A stretch of DNA of 64,000 bases from Paragordius varius (taxonomy: Eukaryota; Animalia; Nematomorpha). Location of the stretch: assembly GCA_964247055.1 (NCBI GenBank), contig OZ176051.1, positions 10,478,001 through 10,542,000 of the forward strand, written 5' to 3'. The translations under genes and the position numbers were made by a program. The notes under the pieces were generated by a model that did not search any database, was not told the origin of the DNA, and saw only the letters and a program-made list of their open reading frames with translations. Below, in pieces: positions 37,000 to 49,357 of this stretch. Within the stretch, counting starts at the first letter, position 1. Each line of letters begins with the position of its first letter.

Positions 37000-39900
37000 T
37001 AATTAAATAAATATAATATTTTAAAACTTTTTATGTTTAACTAACAGGTGATGTTCCTTAATGAACTTGAAGAAATTTTGGATGTGATAGAACCGCCTGA
37101 ATTTGTAAAAATCCAAGTCCCACTTTTTACACAATTGGCTAAATGTGTTTCAAGCCCACATTTTCAGGTATTTGGGTGAAATTTCTATTTTTCATCCACA
37201 AAAAATGTTTTGATTAACATTGATTTTCGGTGATAGCCGAATCGCTTATATTTTAAAATCAACACCATGTACAGTCATCTATCCTTTATTTTATAAATTT
37301 ATTTTTTTTTTTCGTTAAATGGGTATAAATATTTGGTAAAGAATGGAAAAAACAAGAGCTCTATGGTATTAATAAAATCATATTTATCAAAAAAGTATAA
37401 GAATTACCATAGAGCTCATGTTTATTATTTACCAAATTTTTATACACATGAGATAAAATAAAGGATATATGACTGTTAGTTAAGGTGGACCTTTTTATTT
37501 TCACCTACGAAAAAAACTCCTAAAATATATTTTTTTTGCGCAACAATCAAAACTACTGACCTTTGGCTTTTAGGTTTATTAAAGTGTTCTACAGCCAATA
37601 TCACAGTACCACTTGATAAATTTATTAATCTGTTTTTAACTACAGTGTTTGTAAATTTCTGACTTATTTATACATATGAATAGGTATCGGAACGTGCCTT
37701 ATATTTTTGGAACAATGAATACATTATGAGTTTGGTTAGCGATAATGTTAAAACAATACTTCCCATCATGCTTCCTAGCATTTACGATAACTCAAAATCC
37801 CATTGGAATAGGTTTAAAATTTTGGGTTTGTTAAAACTAGGTTATGTTCATAATTTGATTAAAAAATATTTTTTTGTTAAATTATAGAACGATAATTGGA
37901 CTTATTTACAATGCCATGAAATTGTTTATGGAGATGGATCAACGATTTTTTGATGAATGCGTACAAAATTATGAAAAAAATCACAAAACGTAATATTTAT
38001 ATACATATATAATATATACAATATAATTCCTTTTATTATTATCATGCAATAAATCCCAAAATCAAAAAATTTTACCCTAAATTTTTGGCTAATGTACAAT
38101 GACATAAATGATTTTGCGCGGAAAAAATTCGCGCTTAATATTGAAAAATAGGCGCAATCATGTTATTTTACTCTAAAATAGTATATTCTTTTTCTTTATT
38201 TTTTTCATCATAATTGTTTTTGGAATTAAAAAATATATATTTTATCAATATTATATATACATTTACAACTCAAATTTACTCTTGAACATATCATGTCCCC
38301 CTAAAAATAAATTACGTATTTTTGGCCTAATATATTAATAATGAAATATTTTCTAATTGGATAGTTGATAGTTTTAATTATTTTGATTAAAAATGATTTT
38401 TTTTAAATATAAAAATTTGTAATTTCCAATATTGAACATATAATTATTAGGATAATTTTAGAAATGGTATATCTTATATGAAAAGTATTGAAAAATGTCG
38501 TTAATACATTATCATTAGTTTTTAAAGAAATGAAATTACTGATTAATTTGTAAAAATGTTGACACAGTACAAATTTTTTTATCTCTCACAGAGCACATAG
38601 GCTTAGAAAACGGGAAAAACGACAAGCATGGTCCACAATCAAGGCTAAAGCTAAACAAAATTTCACATTTTTATCTTCTTTGACGACGACGACCGCCATC
38701 ACACCTTATAATTACGACAAAAAAGACATTAAATACGATTTATTACCAGATACTACTGATACGGATAATACAAGGTTAAATGATGATGTTGATTCTGATA
38801 TTGACAGTGAATATGATGATGATAGCCAATGTAGTGAAGATGAGTGTAGTGAGGAACTTAAAACAAAATCGAATCAACATGAATCTACTAATGGATATGG
38901 AAAAGGTTAGTGACATATATTTATATATACTTGAGCGCTTTTAATTATCCTTATTTTCAATTTTATATTTATACCATTTTCCAGTTCATAACGTTTGTCG
39001 ATTGACTGATGTATTTGTTTTTTCATATTATATCGGGGAAATACGCTGCTTGAATCAAATTTTCCCATACACTTGATTAATTATTAATGTTAAAAATTAA
39101 ATATTTTATAATTATCTCCTATTAATATATGTATAATACCATCAATTTTAGCCTTAAACAACAATATCTATACAACAACTTCCACAAATCGATATCAACT
39201 AAATGCTCAGAAAAATAATGCGGACAGCAACATAGGTGCACCAAAATATGTTAACGGTAAAACTTTTAAAAAATATATATGTTTGATAATTTGGAGTTTT
39301 ATTATGTAATGTCCAATTTTATATATTGATGTAATTTAGAAAAAAAAGTGTTGATTCTATTAAATTTATTTTCAATTACAAAATTAAGGTGTTCAGCTTT
39401 GGTCTTCGTCTTTTGTGCACAGTCATAAGGTTAATATTTTTTCTGAATGTTGGTCTATGACAGCAATTCACAATTTTTCTTAGTCAAAATATTACAAACA
39501 ATTTAAATTCCTTTCTTTTACAAATTCAACAAGACGTGCTCACAGATTATGATTATAATCGATAAAAATGTAAGTATACCTCTAAGGTTTTAAGATCTTA
39601 AACAGTCGCCCGTGTTACACTCATCTTTTCAACAAAAAGGGTTATTATAAAAATTGGTAAATAAAAAAGAAATTTGGTTAATTTCAATTTAAATTTTTAT
39701 GTTAAATTCGATTGAAAATATTATACTATAAATAACACCCTATGATTCAGGAATAACGAATTTCCAATACAAAATCATAATATTACACCGAAAATATTAC
39801 CAAAATGTAATTCGTGGTGCAAAATTATTTAGTTGTATTTTCTTTAATATTCAATAAGTTATTAAAAATTAAATCTGATTTTCTATTGAAATCAATAGGA

Positions 39901-41342
39901 GAGTTAATATCAAAAACTATTAATCATCAGTGATTCGTCGTAATTATTTAACTTGAAATAATCGCACATTATTAAATATGCATTGTCATATTAATGCAAC
40001 CAACTTATTTAAACTTATTTCAAATCAAATAGGATATACTAATTGTGATTCATTATATATCATCTGTTTTTTAGTAACGAAACCAATGTACAAAATGGCA
40101 ACTACCACTAATTTGGTAACACAAACACGCACCTTGAATGACACAAAAGGCTTTTTATCTTCAACGCCTTCTCACACAAACGGTAAAAAGATTGTAACGA
40201 ATCCGTTTCTCCTTGATTCTCAACAATCTTACAACTCTTTAGATAACCAAAAGGGTATAATAACCTAGCAAAGCACCATGCTTTATTTAGAAAGGCACAT
40301 ATTTAAGATATCATAATTTTGATTTCAGTTTGTACTTCTTTTTTAGCATTCAATTGTTTAATAGAGTGTATAAAAATGACCGACACTTTATACATTTTTT
40401 TAAAAGAGCTTTTTACTATCTTGTCGATAAATATATAAGCTAAAGTTACTTATTAACATAAAACTAATTTAATTGATATAAAAATACGTTTATATGAAAA
40501 AATGAAAATTATTGGATCAATTTTCCAAATATTATTGTAAATAATAATTTGTTTATTATAAAAAATGCAGTTGAAATTTTATGCAGCTGTTTTTTGGATT
40601 TTTTGAATTTTATTATTTTAACATACTAATTTACTCTTAAGGTTTTGGCTTGACTTTAGTTATTAAGGTACAAACTGAATCCTTACACTTTGTAAAAATA
40701 TATTAAAATACGATATTGATAAAACTTATTCAATCAGTCATTAAATGTTGTCTATTTTAGTAATTTACATTTTCCAAATTCATTACATATAATTTATTTC
40801 GTTTTGCTAAAAAAAAATTTCTCGTGATAAATTAAAAATAATTAATGTGAAAATGAAAATTAGAACAACAACACCGATCTCTTACAGATATTACAACAAA
40901 TTTTAACATAACAACAACCCTTCTTTATACTACTTCGAATGATGTCACCACTGATACAAACAATACTTTTATTACAAATGGAAATATTAATGTCAAAAAT
41001 AACGATGAACGATCTAAAAGTTTTTCTGGTCTTTTATCATCCTCAACTGTTGGTGGAAAAAATCAAAAAAATATTTTCATTGAATCAAACAATCTTAATA
41101 ATAATGGTAATGATAATGAGCAAGACCCCAGTTTTGATGTTAATAATAATGCAGTATATAGTCTAATTTATATTTAGCTTTGATTTAAAAAGAATTATAC
41201 CTATAAGCTGTAATTGAGTGGGTAACGACGAGGGTTTGTAATGTAAACGGCCTGGAAATCGCGTAAAATAACGTAAAAATAAAATATTTATTGGTCCTCA
41301 AATTTTTGCCATAGGTATCATCAGGAGATACAGTTAAATATA

Positions 41343-41378
<36 letters not shown>

Positions 41379-42272
41379 CAATAAAAATAAAATAAAAATG
41401 AATAAAATCAAGAATACTACTTATATAGGAAAAATTCGCAAAGAAACCGTAAATGGACAGAAAGTTAATTGCAGATTCTTTTTTTTATAACTTAACGGTT
41501 TCTTTGTGATTTCCTACTTTCATTCTTTTGTCCATTAACGGTTTATTTGTAATTCTTTCCTATATAAGTACTATCAATCATGTATTTTATACAATTTTTA
41601 ATTTAATTTTTAATGCATTATATCTATATTTTTTAACTGTTCTTCTAATGATGCCTATGACGAAAATTTAAGAACCAATAAAATATATTTTATTCGTACG
41701 TTAATTTCCGGCGATTTCCATATCGTTAATGATTATACATATGCACAGGGTCCCTCGTACCCCGATTAATTTAAAATGCATAGCTTAATATTCGCACCAT
41801 TAAACTTAAATTTTAAAATTAATTTTTAATAGGTATTCATTTTTTATGATGAATAATAGAAACACATTTTGAAATAATTTTTGGCTCATTATAATGCCTC
41901 TAAATTATAAAGTAAAGTTTTAGAAAGCAAGATCTAAATTCAAACACTTTATATTTGAGTGTTTTAAAATTTTATTAGCTTTTTTTGTTATGTTTTAAAT
42001 GATTTGCTTTTGGAATATATTTTAATTAATGCCGCTTTTTAATATACAGATTATAAACTCTCAATTTATTATCCAAGATTTACTGATCATAATTGCCTTT
42101 TCACATTTAAAAGCAATATATCAAAAGTTTTAGATAAATTAAGTTTTAATAATATAATTGGGAAAAAAAATTTTTTGAAAAATTTTAGTATAAATAAATC
42201 ATATAATTATTTTAGATTAGATCAAACTCCTTCTCCTCAGCAACTCAAAGTTCTTCGATAACAGCAACTTAG
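30708..42272 (+). CDS. PPP2R5: Protein phosphatase 2A regulatory subunit B'/B56 family, ~737 aa
   Basis: Exons 30708-30816, 30840-31039, 31068-31178, 31508-31600, 31812-31942, 34527-34586, 35401-35563, 36902-36952, 37048-37167, 37684-37811, 37888-37989, 38592-38905, 39152-39256, 40075-40254, 40864-41153, 42216-42272 (2214 nt, phases consistent). Hallmarks: [68 protein letters not shown]. The last four exons are low-complexity and less certain. Confidence 0.93.
35757..36597. repeat. Large foldback element (~350-bp arms) in a B56 intron
   Basis: 35757-36115 is an imperfect reverse complement of 36230-36597 (inner stem CTTCGTTGCAGACGTGT / ACACGTCTGCAACGAAG). Confidence 0.85.
36954..36993. repeat. 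(TA)n microsatellite starting at a splice donor (other TA tracts at ~12537, ~27569, ~41347)
   Basis: Directly visible. Confidence 0.9.
37271..37476. repeat. Small palindromic MITE in a B56 intron
   Basis: ACAGTCATCTATCCTTTATTTT ... AAAATAAAGGATATATGACTGT, with inner stem GAGCTCTATGGTA / TACCATAGAGCTC. Confidence 0.75.
41218..41763. repeat. Foldback element (~245-bp arms) in the last B56 intron
   Basis: 41218-41465 is an imperfect reverse complement of 41525-41763; termini GGGTAACGACGAGGG / CCCTCGTACCCC. Confidence 0.75.
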
Positions 42273-42825
42273 AGTTGTTTGTTTGCAATATATACATATG
42301 TTAAAATTGGGATTTTATTTATTATTTTATAATAGTTTTAATAGACCAATTTTTATATTGTACATATGTATACATGTATTTGAAACTACTTATTTTTGTC
42401 CCACACAAAACTATTTGAATGTTTATTACTCATGACAAAAAATATTTAATATTTATACATTATTTATCAATTTTACCTAATGATTTTCTGTATTTGTTAG
42501 GTCATTAATGAAGGAAAAATATATAAATAAATGATTATTCTCTTCACCCCTAATAAATATCGTATTGTATAACTTATTCATAACGATTTGACGAATTTAA
42601 CCTGAATATAATGGAATTTGGTAAGGAAAAAATTTATAATTTATAATTAATTAAGAAATTAATATAAAATATAAAGATATATTTAATAATTTATTGTTAT
42701 TGATTTGGGTTTTTATTGCTAGCTCTCAAAAGTTTTGTTAATATTTTGGATCTTATTGGCTTTAGAAAACGAAACAAAATGTTGCATATTCACGCATGGT
42801 AAAATGATTGATAATTCTGCTTTAA

Positions 42826-43299
42826 CCCTTTCGTTTACATTTACGCATGGTAAAATGCGAATAGGTGCGGCTTTTCGTAAAAAATGGGCATAACTTCAAT
42901 TGAAATAAATATTTTTTGGTTAATTACATATTTAGGCCTAAAAATATATTATAAAATTTGTGATTTTTTATTTGCATTAGTTATTTAATTACGGTAGCTC
43001 CCAATTTGACAATTTTCATATTTTAACCTAAGACTTTGTAATTTTCTTGGACAATATTCAAATACGACCCAAATTGTAACAAATATATTTATTCTAATGC
43101 AGCTGATAACATTTAATGTAAAGGATTTATAATTTTGTATGCCATTTGTAAGAAACAAAACATGACTAGTGATAAATTAATAAATGTATATTGGTTACTG
43201 TAAATTTTTGAATTTGACATAACTTGCATAAATATACAATCTGCAAATGTAATTCAATAATGGTGTTTTCAGTTTGGGTGTTGTGCGTGATAAAAGGGG
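42826..43299. mobile_element. piggyBac-type MITE
   Basis: TTAA|CCCTTTC ... AAAAGGGG|TTAA (TTAA at 42822-42825 and 43300-43303). Confidence 0.55.
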
Positions 43300-43817
43300 T
43301 TAAATAACATCGTTAAATGCCTTAAAAAGTATTTAAAAATTAAAGTTTCCGAAAATTATCTAAAACAAACCAAATCCGAAGGTGAAAGGTAAATAAATAA
43401 GTTACGGTGGATATAAAATTCTGAAAATTGGTAATCTATTGAGTCATTTTTCTAATATTCCATTCGTTTATTATCTGTTTAAGATTTTAATTAAATAGTA
43501 CTTTTTTAAGGTGGCGAATAATGCAAAATGTAAAAAAAAATAATTATTTTTAATGGAAAAATATCAATACATTTAACATTATATATCTCGTGATCGTGTT
43601 CTTATAATTATTTTTATATTGAAGTTTTATAAATTTAATTATCATAATATGGGTGAAGTTTGAGACTTTGCAATGTTAATAATGCTTAAAATAATTTCGC
43701 CCCAAAACAAAAACATCCATTTTCGTTTTTTATCGCAATATCTCGTTTTCTATTTCGCATGCTGAGTCAAAATCCATTCAAACAAGGTTTTTAATGAGTA
43801 TAGAAACAAAAATCAAG

Positions 43818-45500
43818 TTATCCGATATTTCCGTAATTGTAACCCAAACCTACTCCTGCCCCATAACCAGTCGGAATTGACGGTGGAAAATACCTTAAAG
43901 GTGCAAGACCGACTGATCCATATGCTCCGAAATTCCTAATACCTCCACCTCCTATACCCTGAGAAGCTGCTATTCTGTTCCCTGCAAATTCCAAGTTTGC
44001 TAAACTATTACCTATACTTGGGGCAAAAGATGTACCCCCGGGTGAAAACGGTATGTTGTTATAGAAAGCCATGTTATTGTAACGCAGTCCGGCATTCGTA
44101 AATGCTAACTGATTGATGGGATTTGAGCGCATAGCTAGTAGGCTGTTGAAAGCATTGTAAGCTAATGGATTCAAAGCTGGGTTTATAAAGGGCAAGGTTC
44201 CAGTACCTCCAAGCATCATAGCTGCTGGATTTGCAAAATTGGAATTCAAAAGATTATTATTATTATTCCCGAATGCCATATTAGGTATGCCAGGTATAAG
44301 GCCTATTCCTGTGTTTGCGTTCGCTAACATAACGTTATTATTATAAAATGGTGAATTAAGCGGCACCATACCATTGTTCATAACGTATGGGTTGAGCATG
44401 TAACCACCGGTGAGGGGATTTGAGTTTCTTACACCTGGCCCTCCAAATCCCTGGCTGCCAGCATACATACTAAACGTTGGGAGATAGGAAATACCTCCTT
44501 GGATAGGATCATTAATCATAATTTGTCGGCGTTGGATAATGGTTGGATCTAAATTACTTGAATTACCATTAGGATTCGTATTATTCTGCAACATTTCATT
44601 ATTGTTTTGTATCAAGTTTGTGGATTTTCGATTTGAATGTATATCGCTGGGATGCGATGGCGGCGAATCTAACATACGAAGGCGTTGTGATCTTGATTGA
44701 GGTTTTAAGTCACGTTTGTGAATTTTGAATTGGTAATGAAGTCTCTATGTAAAGCGAAAAAGGATATTTATTTTTCTAGTTTTTTCAATTATTTATTGAT
44801 TGATTTTTTTCAGAGTTTTATTAAAAATATAAAAACTGTCTATAATTTATTCCTATCCAATTAGCACACCGTTATTCAATATGGATATTAAATGAATTTG
44901 CTGTTAATTCAATCATTTAATATAGCATTAATTAAAAATAATTTTAAATATATACCATATTATTAAAAACATATTAGTTACTAAAATTTTGGATTTTTGA
45001 GTTATAGATGAATAAAAAATTTAAAAAATTATTATACCATTTACAGTTCAAATTCACCCTGTAACAGTTTATATTCACCCTCGAACAATTCGAATTCACC
45101 CTAAAAATAAATTATGTGTTTTTGAAAATATAACTCATTATTAATATGAAATATATCTTTATGGCATAGTTTATTATTTTTTCAGTATTATTTTAATATA
45201 AAATAAAATATTATTTTTTAAAAATATATAATCTAGTTAATTTTTAAAACATATAATTTATTTTAGGATGAATTTGAATTGTTCAAGGGTGAATTTAAAT
45301 TGTTTAAAGGTGAATTTGAATCGTAAATGATATAATAGCTATAAATATGGATAACTAGTAATTATTACCTTGCTATTTTTTATATTCTGAAAAATGTTTG
45401 ATTTTTCGTATCCAATGGTCCCTCGTTTGATCATAATTTTATAAATTAGGCGACTTTCCATTTTTTCTCCTATTAAGGAAGCCAGCTTATCACAGAATAT
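43818..45500 (-). CDS. Orphan Gly/Asn/Pro/Met-rich low-complexity protein; 5' exon(s) not identified
   Basis: Last exon 44744-43818 (acceptor CATAG, extends ORF 43818..44675 by 23 codons). Upstream open exon 45500-45369 is bounded by AG and GTAATA in phase 0. An 858-nt GC-enriched open frame in very AT-rich DNA. Confidence 0.7.
45031..45336. repeat. Palindromic MITE with 3x ~21-bp subterminal AATTCACCCT repeats per arm
   Basis: ATTATACCATTTACAGTTCAAATTCACC ... GGTGAATTTGAATCGTAAATGATATAAT. Confidence 0.8.
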
Positions 45501-46699
45501 CTACATCAAGATATAATAAAAAAATATATTGCAATCTTGAGATTTTTAAGACAGGTTAAATATTTTTTTATTTTTGATTTTATGTATCAAAAATCTAAAG
45601 TCGTTAAAGACATAATCCGATAAAATGTGATTTTCTGATTTGTTATGAGACTTTGAAATTAATCAAATAAATTTAATTAAATTAAAAATCAAAAATTCTA
45701 ATGCTAATTGCTTACCGAGATATTAATATACTTTTATTGAATAAACTGATATCGAGCATTATTATAGGCCACATCTGCATTTTAAATGTCTAAAGTGGTA
45801 TATAATTTACATGTCTGTTGCCATGTGTGAATTTTTTCTTTTATTAGTCACATATTAATTGAACACTGTATTTTTTCGGGACAATTTTAAAAATGTAATA
45901 AATAAATTAAAAGATTACATGGATAATGACATGTTAATAAGTACCGGTTTAGACTTTTTACAGATATGGCCTATGATAGGATCACTGTCTGAAAAAAATC
46001 GCTCAAACATCGTCTCTTAAAAGCGCCATGCATACCATATCAGAAAGGATGATGTAGTTAGTAAACGCATCGATTAGTTTAAAATAAATACCATTGTATT
46101 GATAGGTTAATTTTTAATAATTTTGTGTCATACCGAATATCATATAATCATAAATGTTAAAGGCTTAAATAAAATAATAAAATAACTGAAATTCCATATT
46201 TAAAATTAAATTATTATAAATATAAAGGCAGGACTTTGAGAACATACTCAAAAATACAAGGCCCCCATAATTATTAAAAAGACAATGCGAAAAAGTTTTT
46301 AAATCTAAAGATATAAACGACATCGAATTATAATGTTTTTATACTAATAGTTATCAATCTATTTTTATAATTCAACTTTACTTTCTAGTTTTAGGTAGAT
46401 TCTCGCATGTGATTTAATTTATAATTAATATTTATTTAAAATTAAAACATATATATTATTGCGCAGTGATTTTATTTTCCAAATTGAATGAAAACAGCGA
46501 TTTTATCCCAATATCACAATTGGATTGTTCGGAAAATATTTATTTCTCTCTTAATTATATATTGTCCAAAATACCAACAAAAAAGTATAGCATTTTTGCT
46601 TTTATTCGACCGAAAGTAATAATAGTTGCCACAATTACTAATATCATACCAGGAGTATTTTCAAGTTTTTAACGGCTTAACTAACAGAAGACGTCAGCG

Positions 46700-47700
46700 A
46701 AAAGTAGAAACACAATTAATTGGATACACATCCCATGTTATCGAACACAGACAATTTGAATGCACCCAAAACTACCCCCTTATTATCATTTGATAGTCAT
46801 GTAGAATTTCGGGGCTGAAAAAAATCAGAACGGATTCCCATACAAGCATTATCATTTGCTGGCAGAAACTAATGATGAGTATGCTCTCACATGGGTAACA
46901 TGATTCCGAAATAGTAAAAGCTCATGTGAAAGATGGAGTTTCTGGTCGAGCATACAAATGTCAAGTCGCTTAAGTGCAAGATTTATGAGATGATGATCCG
47001 ATTTAAACTCAATGCCAGTCAGTGGAATCCTTACATTTATCACAAAAATCAATCGGTAGACCTTTACAAGCAATGGAAATGATAAATAAATACGTTAAAT
47101 AGATCTTACAGAATCTAATTTACCGTCAAATCAAAAATCAATCCTGCTTCCATGTGAAATAAATTTTCAATTGAATTATGCGGGTGATGAGCTGTACTTT
47201 ATTTTGTTAATATATGGTCAATAAAATCGGCACCTAGTTAAGCCAGTTTATTAGCATTAAGGCCGCAGCAAGCAAATCAGTCTCTCGGTGTTGGACCAGA
47301 TCGGTTTTTGTGTATTAACTTTTGGAGCCCGGTGAAACCGGATAGACAACGCTTTCTCCAAAAATTAAATTTAATCTAAAAATCAATTAGAAAACGACAG
47401 GAATGGGTCAGAAGACATGGCAAAGTAATCTACTACATATCAATGCCCCGTAACACAGAGAAAAAAACGCCTTTGAAGAGAAAACTTCCGCATCCGCCGT
47501 ACTCTCTAAAATAGGGGCGTCTGTCTATTACCTCAGATGGAGAATACGCTCACAAGCACCACTTCCAGAAAACGCATGAGAAATCGTCCAATGATTTGCA
47601 ACCAAAGACAATCAGTTTTTTGCCATACATTCATATCTTATCTGAGAGTTGGGCAAAATGATTAGAAGGCGATGAACAATATTTTAAATAAAAGAAATTA
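46700..47700 (-). mobile_element. Possible highly degenerate non-LTR reverse transcriptase relic
   Basis: Locally higher GC with weak minus-strand traces (KAFF~KAFD, SKVNTQK~GLKVN..K) and thumb-like ORF 46852..47073. Not conclusive. Confidence 0.3.
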
Positions 47701-49357
47701 TTGCCTTTCAAATACGTGTTTCTATAAGAACCGATGAATATTTTTGGCTAGACACGGAAATTTATTTGTTTCAAAATATTTGGAACATTACTATTCTTAA
47801 TGTACGGATAAAATATTTGATTTTGACTAGCTTGGATAATGAAATTTTCCAATGGCTTCAAAAAAGTTTTAGCAAAAATTAAAAGAAAAGTTAATTTAAA
47901 TATGAAAAACTCCCAGTTAACTTTTTATTATAGTTTGTTACATTCCTAATATTAAAAAATTTTGATAAAAAACTTAATTGTCTTAAATTTTTACATATAT
48001 TTATATAAAATTTATAAAATGTTTAGTCATTATGACTTTTATTCAGTTTAAAATTTATGATTTTTATGAGCAGACAATAATTATTTTTAATACAAATCGA
48101 AGAATCTCAAATTAATTTTTTTAAATATTATTTTAGTTAAAATTTAATTATCAAAAATTCTTCTCATGTATTTAATAACAAAACATATATTTTAGTTTTG
48201 TGAAGAGTGCAAAATTGTTACAACTCCGAAACACAATTGAAACAAACAGTTGATATCAATAAGTTTTGGCTGGTAAAATGTAACCTGAAATTTTTTCAAG
48301 TTAATTATTTACCTTTTTATAGCCATATTATACATTTGTCTGTTGCATTAGTGATTTAAAAAAATTTATAGAAAAAAGAGGTAAAAAAGTTTGAGATGGA
48401 TATTTTTACAGTTTTATATTTTTAAAAAATTTTATGTATAATGCGCCTAAAAGGTTAAGAAAGCTTTTTTAAATTCGGCTTAATACCTCATGTACTTTTT
48501 ATGATATTCAATTTTTAAACTGTTCTGGGATGTAAACCACCCCAAAAGGTAATGCAGCGTTAAAAGCTTGATTTTAGAGCGGTAATAAAACAAACCTTTG
48601 GTTATTCGATGTAGAGATAATTAAAAAATTTAACTTTTTTTATTAATAAAGAATTTAGATCCGAAATATTTAGTTTGTATCAATTTTGGTTTTTTATATA
48701 AGCTTTTGATATAATTGAAATCATAAATGGTATGTATCAATAATTAATAATTAAACAAAATTTAAAAAAAGGAACTTTTCGTCAAATATCAGATCTAAAT
48801 ATAATATTACCAAAAATAAATACGTTTTTAGAATTAATCCAAAAATCATCGAATTCGTTTATCACATGAGTTCATTAATGTATTTCAAAATAAGGACAAT
48901 CTTAGATAATTATCATCATCATTTCCTCACAAGTGTCATTATTTTTTGTTATATATTTGTAGTGCATGAAAAGAATAATGCAATGTTTCAGGTCTAAATA
49001 TGAATGGTTATAAAAATTTAATAATATCAATATTTTTTATTTTTATTCATATAATGTGTGAAAAATTGTCATATAGGTGTGTTTTCTCGTTGTGCGTTAA
49101 ATAAATTTTATATAATAATTAGGAGAAAGTAGACTTTTATTATATAAGGTTTATCCTTGAACCAATAATTAGTATATTGTTTATTTAACTATAAAATGCA
49201 CTATTTTTTATAGATTATTTCGCATTTAATATTGATTATAGATTAATGTCTATTACCTGAAAAGGCTTAATATATTGATCTAGAGATATATATAATCATA
49301 ACACATCTTCCACATATTAGGCATTAGTTTGTATAAATGAATCGTTTTTATTAGTTA

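Noticed and set aside
39464-39570. Open segment ending in GTAAGT as an extra B56 exon
   Set aside because: The open frame is not phase-compatible with the flanking phase-1 junctions.
46520-46650. MILVIVATIITFG.. as the signal-peptide exon of the Gly/Asn-rich gene
   Set aside because: Only a weak phase-0 donor is available and it abuts a probable TE relic; cannot be supported without transcripts.
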